A program made the translations under genes and the position numbers. The notes below the pieces were generated by a model, which saw only the letters and a list, made by a program, of their open reading frames with translations, was not told the DNA's origin and searched no databases. Source: a virus (taxonomy: Duplodnaviria > Caudoviricetes). Taken from it: a stretch of DNA of 45,432 nt. This document shows, piece after piece, positions 18,414 to 27,701 of the stretch; the first letter of the stretch is position 1, and every line of letters starts with the position of its first letter. The stretch lies in the IMG/VR virus record IMGVR_UViG_3300022745_000054, positions 1 through 45,432 of that record, one strand, 5' to 3'.

Positions 18414-21400
18414 ATGCCCATCCTCACGCAAGACATTAAGCTATTGAAGTCGTCGGTCATGGCCGACACCACGGACGGCGGCGGTCAAATGACCGGCACA
18501 GCGATTGTCGATGGTCAAAGCAACAACCTGTTCCCTGACACTTCCGCAATGGACCGTGCCTTCGGTCGTGTCAACTTGCGCAAGGTGTTCGGCGTGGCGC
18601 ACACGACCGACACGGCAACCCTGCTGGGCGCACACGCGATCATCACAGACTCCCCTGATGACCCACTGGTCGCATGCACGCTGGTGAAAACAACCGGCTG
18701 GGCCGATCAGCGCGCGACCGCCCAGGACGTGATTGAGCGCTATGTTGTGAAGGGCCCGAAGGCGTCTGTTCGCATTTACGACACGCACTACACCGGGTCA
18801 CTGCAACTGCGCCTGATCAGCTTCGTGAACACTGCATTCCCCGCTGGCGGCGATGCGGTGGTGCTCACGAATCCGAACGGTACAGAGCAGTACGTTCGCA
18901 TCTTGAAGATCAGCACAATCTCGCAGCAGGTTGCCGTGGTTGAGAACGGAAACACGACCGTGTTCCCTGCAACCATCGCAACCTGCGAACTGGGTCAGGC
19001 GCTGACAATGGATGTGCTTGGCCCGCCCGCAGCGCGTGCCTATGGCGTGAACGGCCTGTCGCCCGAAAGCTCTTACGCAACGCTGTACACGACCTCTGTT
19101 GCGACCGGCGCAAAGTTCTATGGCGTGAAGCCGCTGGGCATCGCCGGTTCGATTGGCGATCTGTCGATCACGACCTCTGACGGCGTGTACACAAATCTGG
19201 TGCCAGCCGCCACGGTCGAGTCGCCTGTGATCGACCAGTACCCAATGCTTCAGAACCCTGGCGTGAGCACGTCAGGCATTGCAACGATCACGATCACCAA
19301 CCCCACAGCACACGCATGGGGTCCAGGCAGCACCATCACAACCCCGACGCTGATCACCCCTGGCTCGTTCAGCATGAGCTACAACGGTGTGAACTTCACC
19401 GATAGCGGTGACGGCGTTCTCATGCAGGGCACCAATGCAGTAGGTGTTGTCAGCTACCGCACAAGTACCGTTTCGCTCAACCCGACCGCACCGGGCTACG
19501 GTGGGGCCAACATATCGACGGTCACCTACAAGCCAGCAAGCCCGAGCGGCCCTGCTGTGTTCAGCGATCTCTTGATGATCACCACGGCGAACCAGGGCTT
19601 GTCGTTCACTGCGGTGCTCACCCCGTTCCCTGCCAAGGGCACGCTCAGCATGTCGTACATGGCACAGGGGCGCTGGTACACGCTGATGGACAATGACAAC
19701 GGCAAGCTGTCTGGTTCAAGCTCCAGCTACGGTGTGGGGACTATCAACTACACCACCGGGTCGATTTCATTGACGCTAGGCGCTATGCCTGACGTTGGCA
19801 GTCCATTGCTGTTCCAGTGGGGCACCGCCAAGGCTGCGCAGCCTGTTACCGGCACACTGCCGACTGCTGCCAGCTTCGATATTGAGATTCCCCCCAACTC
19901 GTACCCCGGCGACACAACGCTATCGTGGACAACTGGCGGCGTGGCGAAGTCATGCACTGTGAATGGCGCGGGTACTGTGTCTGGTGCTGCTACGGGTGGG
20001 CTGAGTGGCCCCGGTAAGTACACCGTGACGCCTACGCTGTTCCCAACCTCAAACGTGACCGTCAATTACAAGACGTATGTTCAGGCGACTGCGATCTCGC
20101 ATGGCACCGGCAAGAACTGGACTATAACCGGCCCGGTGCAACCTGGAACGGTTCACTTCCAACTGGCGCTGACCGCGCCTGCTGATTGTGCATTCAGCGA
20201 TGGTTCGAATGGCGTTGTGTACTGCTACGACGATGGCGCTGGCAACATCAAGAGCTACATCACAAGTTGGTGGACAAATTACGCATCGGCGAACCTAGGC
20301 ACCATCAACTACGCTACCGGCGCAATCAGTATTACCACTGCGTCGGTCAGCCAGTACGTTCTACACACGTATCAGCGTAGCCGTACCGTTTGGTTTCACA
20401 CCGACAACTGGACCGAAACGGCATGGGAAGTGCAGCCCTGCACGATCACAGAAACGCTCACCAATCTCACCTACTGCGGCGGCACTGGCACTACGCAGTC
20501 GCTGGTCGTCACCCCATCCATGTACTTGCAGGTGCCAACGACTGCTGATGCGAAACTGGCGCTCACAGGCGCATCGTTCACCGTTGGTGGCGACCTGTAC
20601 ACATCGGTGGGCGGCGCACTTCGTTCTGGCTGGAGTTTGACCGCAGCCGTACCGTCTATCAGTGTCTCTGCTGGCAATGTCGTTGGTAGCGGGAAGGTTA
20701 CGCTCACAGTGCTACCAGCGAACAACACCAACACGGTGGTGTGGCAGAACGTAGCAATTGACCTGTCTGGTCAGAACGTCATGTTGGGCGCATTCCGCAC
20801 CGTGTCTGCACCGCTCAAGGCGGGTAACTTCCAGCTTAGCGCAGGTGTTTCCAGCACAGGTAGCGCAAGCGCTGGTGGCGTCCTGTCAGGCGAGTTCACT
20901 GGCACCGTAGACTACGTTCGCGGCTGGGTGCAGTGGCAGACAGCAACCATGATTGTTAACCCCTCCACATTGCGCTACAACGCCGTGCTGTTGCAGTACC
21001 TGCCACTGGACGCCTCGCTGCTGGGCATGAACACCGCACGCTTGCCGCTTGATGGTCGTGTGCCAGTGTTCCGCAATGGTGATCTGCTGGTGGTGCATAA
21101 CACGCTCACCTTCACGTTCCCCAACCCTTTGGTTAAGAACACAAACTACGACCTGGGCCGGGTGCGTATTGCATCCGTGCGTGTGAAAGACGCGCTGGGT
21201 GTGGTGGTGCCTGACACCCTGTATTCGGTGAACCTTGACGCTGGCACGATCAGCGTTCCGACCGCATCGAATATCACCAGCTACACGCAGCCGTTCACAT
21301 GCGAACACCGCATTGAAGACATGCTGCTGTGCTCACAGGTGGACATTTCCGGCAAGCTGTCGGTGACTCGTTCGCTGACTCACAACTTCCCGGCAAACAC

Positions 21401-21881
21401 TTCGTTCGTGTCTAGCGCAATGCCGTTCGGTGACTTGTTCGCACGCACCTATTCGGTGTTCGGTCAGGGCACTTGGACAAGCGTGTGGCAGGACACCATC
21501 ATCGGTGCGGCCATTATCCCCCAGTTCAACACGGCTCTGAACCCCATCACAGTGACGAACCAGGGGGCGATCAAAGAGCGCTGGGTGCTCATCTTCACGA
21601 ATAGCACCAGCTACCGAATCATTGGCGAATCTGTCGGTGAGATCGGCAGCGGCAGCACAGGCGTGAACACTGCGCCGCTCAACCCGGCCACCAACACCCC
21701 GTACTTCACGATTCCAGCCGCTGGATGGGGCACAGGCTGGGCGGCTGGCAACTGCCTGCGGTTCAACACCGACGCATGCGGTGCGCCGTTTTGGGCGGTT
21801 CGCACGGTGTTGCAGGGACCGGCCACCCTGGCAAGCGATCAGTTCACCCTGGCGTTCCGTGGTGACGTTGACCGCCCATAA
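18414..21881 (+). CDS. large tail-tip/baseplate protein
   Basis: 1155 aa; N-terminal DIKLLKS..MAD..DGGG..TG...DG.SNNLFPD, repeated G.INY.TG, RLPLDGRVPVFR, GWG.GWAAGN.LRFNT. Confidence 0.8.
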   Translation: MPILTQDIKLLKSSVMADTTDGGGQMTGTAIVDGQSNNLFPDTSAMDRAFGRVNLRKVFGVAHTTDTATLLGAHAIITDSPDDPLVACTLVKTTGWADQRATAQDVIERYVVKGPKASVRIYDTHYTGSLQLRLISFVNTAFPAGGDAVVLTNPNGTEQYVRILKISTISQQVAVVENGNTTVFPATIATCELGQALTMDVLGPPAARAYGVNGLSPESSYATLYTTSVATGAKFYGVKPLGIAGSIGDLSITTSDGVYTNLVPAATVESPVIDQYPMLQNPGVSTSGIATITITNPTAHAWGPGSTITTPTLITPGSFSMSYNGVNFTDSGDGVLMQGTNAVGVVSYRTSTVSLNPTAPGYGGANISTVTYKPASPSGPAVFSDLLMITTANQGLSFTAVLTPFPAKGTLSMSYMAQGRWYTLMDNDNGKLSGSSSSYGVGTINYTTGSISLTLGAMPDVGSPLLFQWGTAKAAQPVTGTLPTAASFDIEIPPNSYPGDTTLSWTTGGVAKSCTVNGAGTVSGAATGGLSGPGKYTVTPTLFPTSNVTVNYKTYVQATAISHGTGKNWTITGPVQPGTVHFQLALTAPADCAFSDGSNGVVYCYDDGAGNIKSYITSWWTNYASANLGTINYATGAISITTASVSQYVLHTYQRSRTVWFHTDNWTETAWEVQPCTITETLTNLTYCGGTGTTQSLVVTPSMYLQVPTTADAKLALTGASFTVGGDLYTSVGGALRSGWSLTAAVPSISVSAGNVVGSGKVTLTVLPANNTNTVVWQNVAIDLSGQNVMLGAFRTVSAPLKAGNFQLSAGVSSTGSASAGGVLSGEFTGTVDYVRGWVQWQTATMIVNPSTLRYNAVLLQYLPLDASLLGMNTARLPLDGRVPVFRNGDLLVVHNTLTFTFPNPLVKNTNYDLGRVRIASVRVKDALGVVVPDTLYSVNLDAGTISVPTASNITSYTQPFTCEHRIEDMLLCSQVDISGKLSVTRSLTHNFPANTSFVSSAMPFGDLFARTYSVFGQGTWTSVWQDTIIGAAIIPQFNTALNPITVTNQGAIKERWVLIFTNSTSYRIIGESVGEIGSGSTGVNTAPLNPATNTPYFTIPAAGWGTGWAAGNCLRFNTDACGAPFWAVRTVLQGPATLASDQFTLAFRGDVDRP

Positions 21882-21898
21882 GCAATTCGGAGTAACAC

Positions 21899-23062
21899 AT
21901 GGTAAACAAGACACGGTATTTCAACAGCACACAGGTTTCCTCACCCGTTCTCTCGGGCACAGCCGGTGCGATGTTGGCGGTTCTCGACGCGGTGCTGGTG
22001 AACGGCTTTGGCTCTCAGTCGGTATCCACGCTGGTGGTGGCATCCAACATCGCCACGGTGACCCACGGCAGCGCACATGCACAGATCGTGGACGGCATTG
22101 CGAACATTACAGGTGCCACGCCTGCGGGCCTGAACGGCGATAAGCGCGTGCTGTCGGTGACCACCAACGGCTTCACCTTTGCAGCGCCCGGTATCAGCGA
22201 CCAGACGGCCACTGGCACGATCACAGCCAAGGTGGCATCGCTGGGCTGGACCAAGCCGTACAGCGGCACCAATCTCGCCGCATACAAGCCCAGCGCCGTT
22301 GAGGCGACCGGCTGCTTGCTGCGTGTGGATGACACCGGAACAACTACAGCACGAGTACGTGGTTACGAGACTATGACGGACGTGAATACGGGTATTGGGC
22401 CATTCCCCACGGTTGCACAGCAGGCAGCACCGGGGCGCTGGTGGAGTAAGTCGGATGTAGCTAGTGCAGCAGCGCGTAGTTGGTTTGTAATTGGGGATGA
22501 CAGGTGCTTTTACCTATTCATGGCTCCAAATTCAAATACTACTTACGGTACGCAAGGCGTATTTTTTGGGGATTTCATTTCTGTTAAATCGAATGACCCC
22601 TACGCATGTTTCCTATTTGCGAATACCGCAGACAGATCGACTGCTGCCAGTAACCTTAGCGATAGTATTGAATACAGCAACGGGTCTGTAAATACTGACG
22701 CAGGGTTCGTGGCCCGCAACGCAAACACTCTTGGGGGTGCGCAATCCCTAGCCCCTGAGAATGCTTTTGGCACAGGGACTAACTACACGTCTGGCTTGGG
22801 TGCCTTCACCTACCCCTCTCCAGTAGATAACGGTCTAACGCTGTGTCGCCCACGATTGATAGGTTCAACATCCGGTCTTAGGGGGTATCTCCCCGGCATG
22901 AAGGTGACTCCACAAAACATGTCAGCAGGCCCGTTTAACAGTGGGGATGTTGTGATGGGCGCTGGTGATTTGGCGGGGGTAAAGCTCAGGGCAATTAAAA
23001 CCGGAACCACCACTACCTCAGCAGGTGTTTGCTTCTTCGACATGCTCAACGACTGGAGATAA
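21899..23062 (+). CDS. tail protein (conserved-looking N-terminus, AT-richer C-terminus)
   Basis: PVLSGTAG.MLAVLDA.LVNGFG, LGWTKPYSGTN.AAY, LRVDD; position in the tail module. Confidence 0.75.
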   Translation: MVNKTRYFNSTQVSSPVLSGTAGAMLAVLDAVLVNGFGSQSVSTLVVASNIATVTHGSAHAQIVDGIANITGATPAGLNGDKRVLSVTTNGFTFAAPGISDQTATGTITAKVASLGWTKPYSGTNLAAYKPSAVEATGCLLRVDDTGTTTARVRGYETMTDVNTGIGPFPTVAQQAAPGRWWSKSDVASAAARSWFVIGDDRCFYLFMAPNSNTTYGTQGVFFGDFISVKSNDPYACFLFANTADRSTAASNLSDSIEYSNGSVNTDAGFVARNANTLGGAQSLAPENAFGTGTNYTSGLGAFTYPSPVDNGLTLCRPRLIGSTSGLRGYLPGMKVTPQNMSAGPFNSGDVVMGAGDLAGVKLRAIKTGTTTTSAGVCFFDMLNDWR

Positions 23063-23066
23063 TTAA

Positions 23067-26000
23067 ATGGCATCGGGACGTTACTGGCGCGTTGTTGGGT
23101 TCATGGTCGATGGCAGTGGGGCGCTGGAACTCACTCGCGCACGCTTGTGGGTGAACGGCTCGGTGAGCAGCGCCGCAGTTGCTGCCAGTCTTGCGCCGAC
23201 AAGCGGGAGCGTTGCAGACCTCGCCCTGGCATCCAATGCGAATATCGTTAGCTGGGATGCTGCAACCCGCAGTCAGTCGAGCTTCAGTTTGTCGTGGGAC
23301 TTGGGCGTAGCTGCGGACTTAGTTGGCTTGGAGCTTGGCGCTGGCAGCAGTCAGGCGACCTACCCCAACAGCCTGATCATCCAATCGTCAGTTGACAACC
23401 TCAACTGGAACACTGAGCAGAGCTACAACGATCTGAAGTACCCCGGCAATAGTGCCATAAGCTCGTTCGTCAGTTCGTCCTCTGGCGACCCTGACTACGC
23501 CAAGGTTGTGCTTCTGCTGCATGGCGATGGCTCAAACGGTTCAACAACCATTGTTGATAAGTCGCAGATTCCGAAGACGATCACTACATTTGGCAACGCG
23601 GTGATCTCGACCGCTCAGTCTAAGTTCGGTGGGTCCGCACTCTACTTTGATGGTAGCGGCGACTATCTGAGCGTACCCACATCAACAGACTTTGACCTTG
23701 GGGATGCCTACACAATTGAGTTCTGGATATATCCAAATATTATCTCATCTAACTTTGGTGTAATCCATAGAGGTTTTTATTCTACAGGTGGTGGTAACTG
23801 GACTGATTTAGCCTTCTCAATTCGATGGCTAAATACATTCATGCGCTTCTACTTCTATGCCACGAACAACTCAAATGAGCAGTACATAGATGTGAGTGGT
23901 GCAGTGAGCGCGAATACATGGACTCACATTGCAATGGTGCGTAACGGTTATTCCGGTCAGGTATTTGTTAACGGAGTTAGCTCAGGAACAATATCAGGTC
24001 TAAATACACCTGCTGCCAGTTCGCAAACACTTCGTATTGGTGAGTGGGACTACAGCGCAAGTGTGGAATACTTTAACGGCTATCTTGACGATATTCGCAT
24101 CACTAAAGGGGTGGCACGCTATACAGGTGCGTTCTCAGTGCCAAGTGCAGCGTTTCCTGATGTTGCCACGTTTGTGGCGCAGAATAATATATACAGCGGC
24201 AACGTGTCGTTACTGTTGCATGGTACGGGCGCTGATGGGGATAAGTACTCTGCTGATTCCAGTTTTGGCAATAAGTCGTTGACATTTCAGGGTACGGCAC
24301 AGGTATCGACTGCAAAAAGCAAATTCGGAACATCATCTTTGAAGCTGGATAGCGGCGGCACAGCTATGATCTCAGTACCGGCGTCCCTTGAGTTCGGCTA
24401 TGAAGGCGACTTTACTCTAGAGGCGTGGGTTAACCCAATTTCCTGGGTATCTTCTGGCATCATCTTTGCGGTAAATACAACCAACGGCATACAGTTTGGT
24501 CGCAATGCTGATGGAAATCTTGGGGTTGCAAAGAATGGTATTGCTTGGGTACTCACAGGAAGTGCATTACCAGCGCTGGATACCTGGAGTCATGTGGCTG
24601 CTGTGCGTAGCTCGGGTACACTTACAATATATTTGAATGGGGCAAGTATTGGTAGTGTTGCAGATACGTTTGCATATCCTTCCGGTGAGTTTGATATTTC
24701 TAACCCTACTTATAGTTTTAACGGCTATATTGATGAAGTTCGCATCACCAAAGGCGTGGCACGCTACACGGCAAACTTCACGCCAGCGACACAGGCATTT
24801 CCTGACCCAGTGCAGCAAGTAGATCAGTACCTGAGCAACACGGTATTGATTCTGAACGGCAATGGTGCGAATGGTTCGACAACCATTCTTGATACGTGCC
24901 CTTCGCCGAAAGTGATCACCCTGGCAGGAGACACAAAGATCAGTACTGCACAGGCTAAGTTTGGCCCTTCGTCAATTTATTTTGATGGCACTGGTGACTC
25001 GCTATCTGTAGCGGCTGGCCCTAATGCTGGGACAGATGTTAGCACTGCGGACTTTACGGTTGAATTCCGGTACTACACAACCAGTGCCTCTACTGATCAA
25101 GCAATTTTTACTATAGGTGAACCCGAGGCATCCAGTGGGTTCCAACTGGCTTTTGGGATACATCACTTCGGCTCATTACTGGCAGGTGCTGTACGATTTT
25201 TTGCATATAACACTGCCGGCACGCAGTATTCTCTAGATTCTTCACCATTGTCTGCCAACACTTGGTATCACATGGCGTTGACTAGGGAGGGGAATACCCT
25301 ACGGGCGTTCTTGAACGGTACTATGTTTTCCAGCATGGCAATAACTGGTGCGTTGAATATTTCTAATACATGCACTGCCCGCGTTGGAAAATATACCTCC
25401 AGCACCCCCCGTAATATGGTGGGCTATTTGGATGATTTTAGGTTGACTATTGGCAAGGCACGCTACACGGCCAGCTTCACACCATCTGCCAGCCCGGTGC
25501 CTGAGTACGCACAGCCGAATGCAGATTACAACTATGACAGCACTGTGCTGCTGCTGCATGGTAATGGTACAAACGGAAGCACCACGTTTACTGATAACAG
25601 CGGAACTCCAAAGACGCTGACCGCAAATGGCAGTGCGCAACTAAGCACAGCGCAGAGTAGGTTTGGTGCAAGCTCCATATACATCAATGGCTCTGGAAAC
25701 TATGTTAGCGTACCGAACAGCAGCGATTTTAATTTTGGTATAGGCGAGTTCACGATTGAGGCTTGGATTTATGTGACACAAGCCGCGCCCGCTGAGTTTT
25801 TTCAAATAGTCAGCTATGGCTACCGAAATACCTCAGTCAACCCCGGATGGAACCTGCGTCTAGGCTCCAACGCACAACTGGTATTTGAATCAGTACATAA
25901 CGGCGCAGCCTCTGCATCCCTGGCGGTCACAAGCGTAATCCCACTAAACACCTGGGCGCATGTTGCTGTAAGCAGAACTAAGTCGGCAGTTTATTTTGCT

Positions 26001-27290
26001 GTTAATGGTATCGTATATGCCGGAAGCGCATCTCTATCTGGAGATGATATCGGCAATGGTTCGTCTAATAATGTGTTGTACATAGGTGCATCTGGAAGTA
26101 CATCTCCACCTACTAATTGGATTTCCTACGGTTACATTGATGACTTACGCATCACTAAGGGCGTGGCACGCTACACAAACAACTTCGTGCCACCTTCTTA
26201 CCAGTTTGCTGACACAACCTCACCACAACCCGGTGATGAGGACTACGCCAAGGTTAGCGCACTGCTGAAGATGGACGGTGCGAATACGTCAACAGTATTT
26301 ATAGACTCTGGCCCATTGGCACTTTCAGTGTCAGCCGTTGGAAATGCTCAGATCAGTACTGCGCAGAGTAAGTTCGGTGGCACCAGTGCGTACTTCGATG
26401 GCTCGGGTGACTATCTGACACTGCCAAACAGCAGCGGCCTCCAATTAAATACCTCCGACTTCACTGCTGAGTGCTGGATATATCCAACAGCAGGAGGTGC
26501 ATTTCAGCGGATTCTTTCTTCTACCACAACGGGTTTTATTTCTAGCACTGTTGTAATGCGGATTAACTCCAGCAATGTGTTGTACGCATACGCTGGCGGG
26601 GCATCGGGTATCACTGGTGGGACTGTACCTCTAAATGTATGGTCGCACATAGCAATGGTGCGTGCCTCTGGTGTACTGAGCCTATATCTCAACGGTGTAT
26701 TTCAAGGCTCTGAGTATTCCTCAAACTCCAGTACAGAGTACCTTCAATATATCGGGGGCTACTATTCAACTTTAGGCACTGAATATTTCAATGGCTATAT
26801 TGATGATGTTCGTATCACCAAGGGATTGGCACGTTACACGCAGAACTTCAATCTGCCGACCAACAGCTTCCCACTGGCACCAATAGGCACCTCGTCAACC
26901 ACGATGCTGACCGACAGCGCGGCCACGATCAAACCTCGTAGCGGCCCCATCCTGTTGCCGCAGCAGTTGCCCGGTGCAATGGATGAGGGCGTGTTTGGCA
27001 AAGAGGTCGCATCGGCATACCAGGGCGCTGACATGCAAGACGGCGGCTGGTACAAGATTCAGGGCACCGTGTTCCAGAAGGGCACGCCGAACACTGCTGT
27101 GCATCGCCGTGTCGTGCTGCTGGAGGAACGCAGTGGTCGCGCCATCCGTGAGACATGGAGCGATGCTACTTCGGGCGCGTACAGCTTCAAGAACCTGTCG
27201 CCTGACAACCGCTATACCGTTCTCGCCTATGACCACACTGGCGCATTCCGCGCCGTGATTGCTGACGCACAAGTACCGGAGCCAATGTAA
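23067..27290 (+). CDS. tail fibre/receptor-binding protein with five tandem LamG (concanavalin A-like) domains
   Basis: Five repeats of Y..V.LLL.G.G.NGST....ISTAQSKFG...FDG.GD...FT.E.W...W.H.A..R...GY.DD.RIT.G.ARYT; separate N- and C-terminal domains. Confidence 0.85.
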   Translation: MASGRYWRVVGFMVDGSGALELTRARLWVNGSVSSAAVAASLAPTSGSVADLALASNANIVSWDAATRSQSSFSLSWDLGVAADLVGLELGAGSSQATYPNSLIIQSSVDNLNWNTEQSYNDLKYPGNSAISSFVSSSSGDPDYAKVVLLLHGDGSNGSTTIVDKSQIPKTITTFGNAVISTAQSKFGGSALYFDGSGDYLSVPTSTDFDLGDAYTIEFWIYPNIISSNFGVIHRGFYSTGGGNWTDLAFSIRWLNTFMRFYFYATNNSNEQYIDVSGAVSANTWTHIAMVRNGYSGQVFVNGVSSGTISGLNTPAASSQTLRIGEWDYSASVEYFNGYLDDIRITKGVARYTGAFSVPSAAFPDVATFVAQNNIYSGNVSLLLHGTGADGDKYSADSSFGNKSLTFQGTAQVSTAKSKFGTSSLKLDSGGTAMISVPASLEFGYEGDFTLEAWVNPISWVSSGIIFAVNTTNGIQFGRNADGNLGVAKNGIAWVLTGSALPALDTWSHVAAVRSSGTLTIYLNGASIGSVADTFAYPSGEFDISNPTYSFNGYIDEVRITKGVARYTANFTPATQAFPDPVQQVDQYLSNTVLILNGNGANGSTTILDTCPSPKVITLAGDTKISTAQAKFGPSSIYFDGTGDSLSVAAGPNAGTDVSTADFTVEFRYYTTSASTDQAIFTIGEPEASSGFQLAFGIHHFGSLLAGAVRFFAYNTAGTQYSLDSSPLSANTWYHMALTREGNTLRAFLNGTMFSSMAITGALNISNTCTARVGKYTSSTPRNMVGYLDDFRLTIGKARYTASFTPSASPVPEYAQPNADYNYDSTVLLLHGNGTNGSTTFTDNSGTPKTLTANGSAQLSTAQSRFGASSIYINGSGNYVSVPNSSDFNFGIGEFTIEAWIYVTQAAPAEFFQIVSYGYRNTSVNPGWNLRLGSNAQLVFESVHNGAASASLAVTSVIPLNTWAHVAVSRTKSAVYFAVNGIVYAGSASLSGDDIGNGSSNNVLYIGASGSTSPPTNWISYGYIDDLRITKGVARYTNNFVPPSYQFADTTSPQPGDEDYAKVSALLKMDGANTSTVFIDSGPLALSVSAVGNAQISTAQSKFGGTSAYFDGSGDYLTLPNSSGLQLNTSDFTAECWIYPTAGGAFQRILSSTTTGFISSTVVMRINSSNVLYAYAGGASGITGGTVPLNVWSHIAMVRASGVLSLYLNGVFQGSEYSSNSSTEYLQYIGGYYSTLGTEYFNGYIDDVRITKGLARYTQNFNLPTNSFPLAPIGTSSTTMLTDSAATIKPRSGPILLPQQLPGAMDEGVFGKEVASAYQGADMQDGGWYKIQGTVFQKGTPNTAVHRRVVLLEERSGRAIRETWSDATSGAYSFKNLSPDNRYTVLAYDHTGAFRAVIADAQVPEPM
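24072..26839 (+). repeat. five dispersed ~50-bp direct repeats at the LamG domain ends
   Basis: Approximate consensus GGCTATATTGATGAnnTTCGCATCACyAArGGCGTGGCACGCTACAC at about 24072, 24717, 25422, 26129 and 26787; copy 3 is the most diverged. Confidence 0.75.
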
Positions 27291-27697
27291 TGACAACCCC
27301 TCTCTCGCTGGAAGCACGCCAGCTTCGCCTGACCGCGCTGCGCGATCTGATTGACTCGGGCGGCGGCAAGCTGAAGTTGTACACGGGCACCGCTGTGCCT
27401 GCGACACCCGACACAGCGGCCACCGACACGCTGTTGGGAACCATCGCCCTGGCAGTGCCATCCGGTGCCATTGGCGCGGCGTCAGGCACGGCCACGCTCA
27501 CCCTGACCACCCCACAGGCGACCAACGCATCCAACACTGGCATTGTGGGCTGGGTGCGCTTTTGCAAAGGCAGCGGCGCGGGCGTCATGGACTTGCCAGT
27601 GGTGAAGTCCCCGGCGACCGGCCCGGTCGTGCTCAGCGATACTCAGGTGTACGCGGGCGGCGAGATTCAATTGTTGTCCTGCCTGATCACGGAGTAA
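27290..27697 (+). CDS. minor tail protein
   Basis: GGGKLKLYTGT.PATPD...LLGTI.L...G..GW.R; tightly coupled within the tail operon. Confidence 0.7.
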   Translation: MTTPLSLEARQLRLTALRDLIDSGGGKLKLYTGTAVPATPDTAATDTLLGTIALAVPSGAIGAASGTATLTLTTPQATNASNTGIVGWVRFCKGSGAGVMDLPVVKSPATGPVVLSDTQVYAGGEIQLLSCLITE

Positions 27698-27701
27698 CCC
27701 G

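Noticed and set aside
23067-27290. Diversity-generating retroelement or shufflon acting on the fibre
   Set aside because: No reverse transcriptase, no TR/VR pair differing only at adenines, and all repeats are direct and in frame with no inverted silent cassettes.
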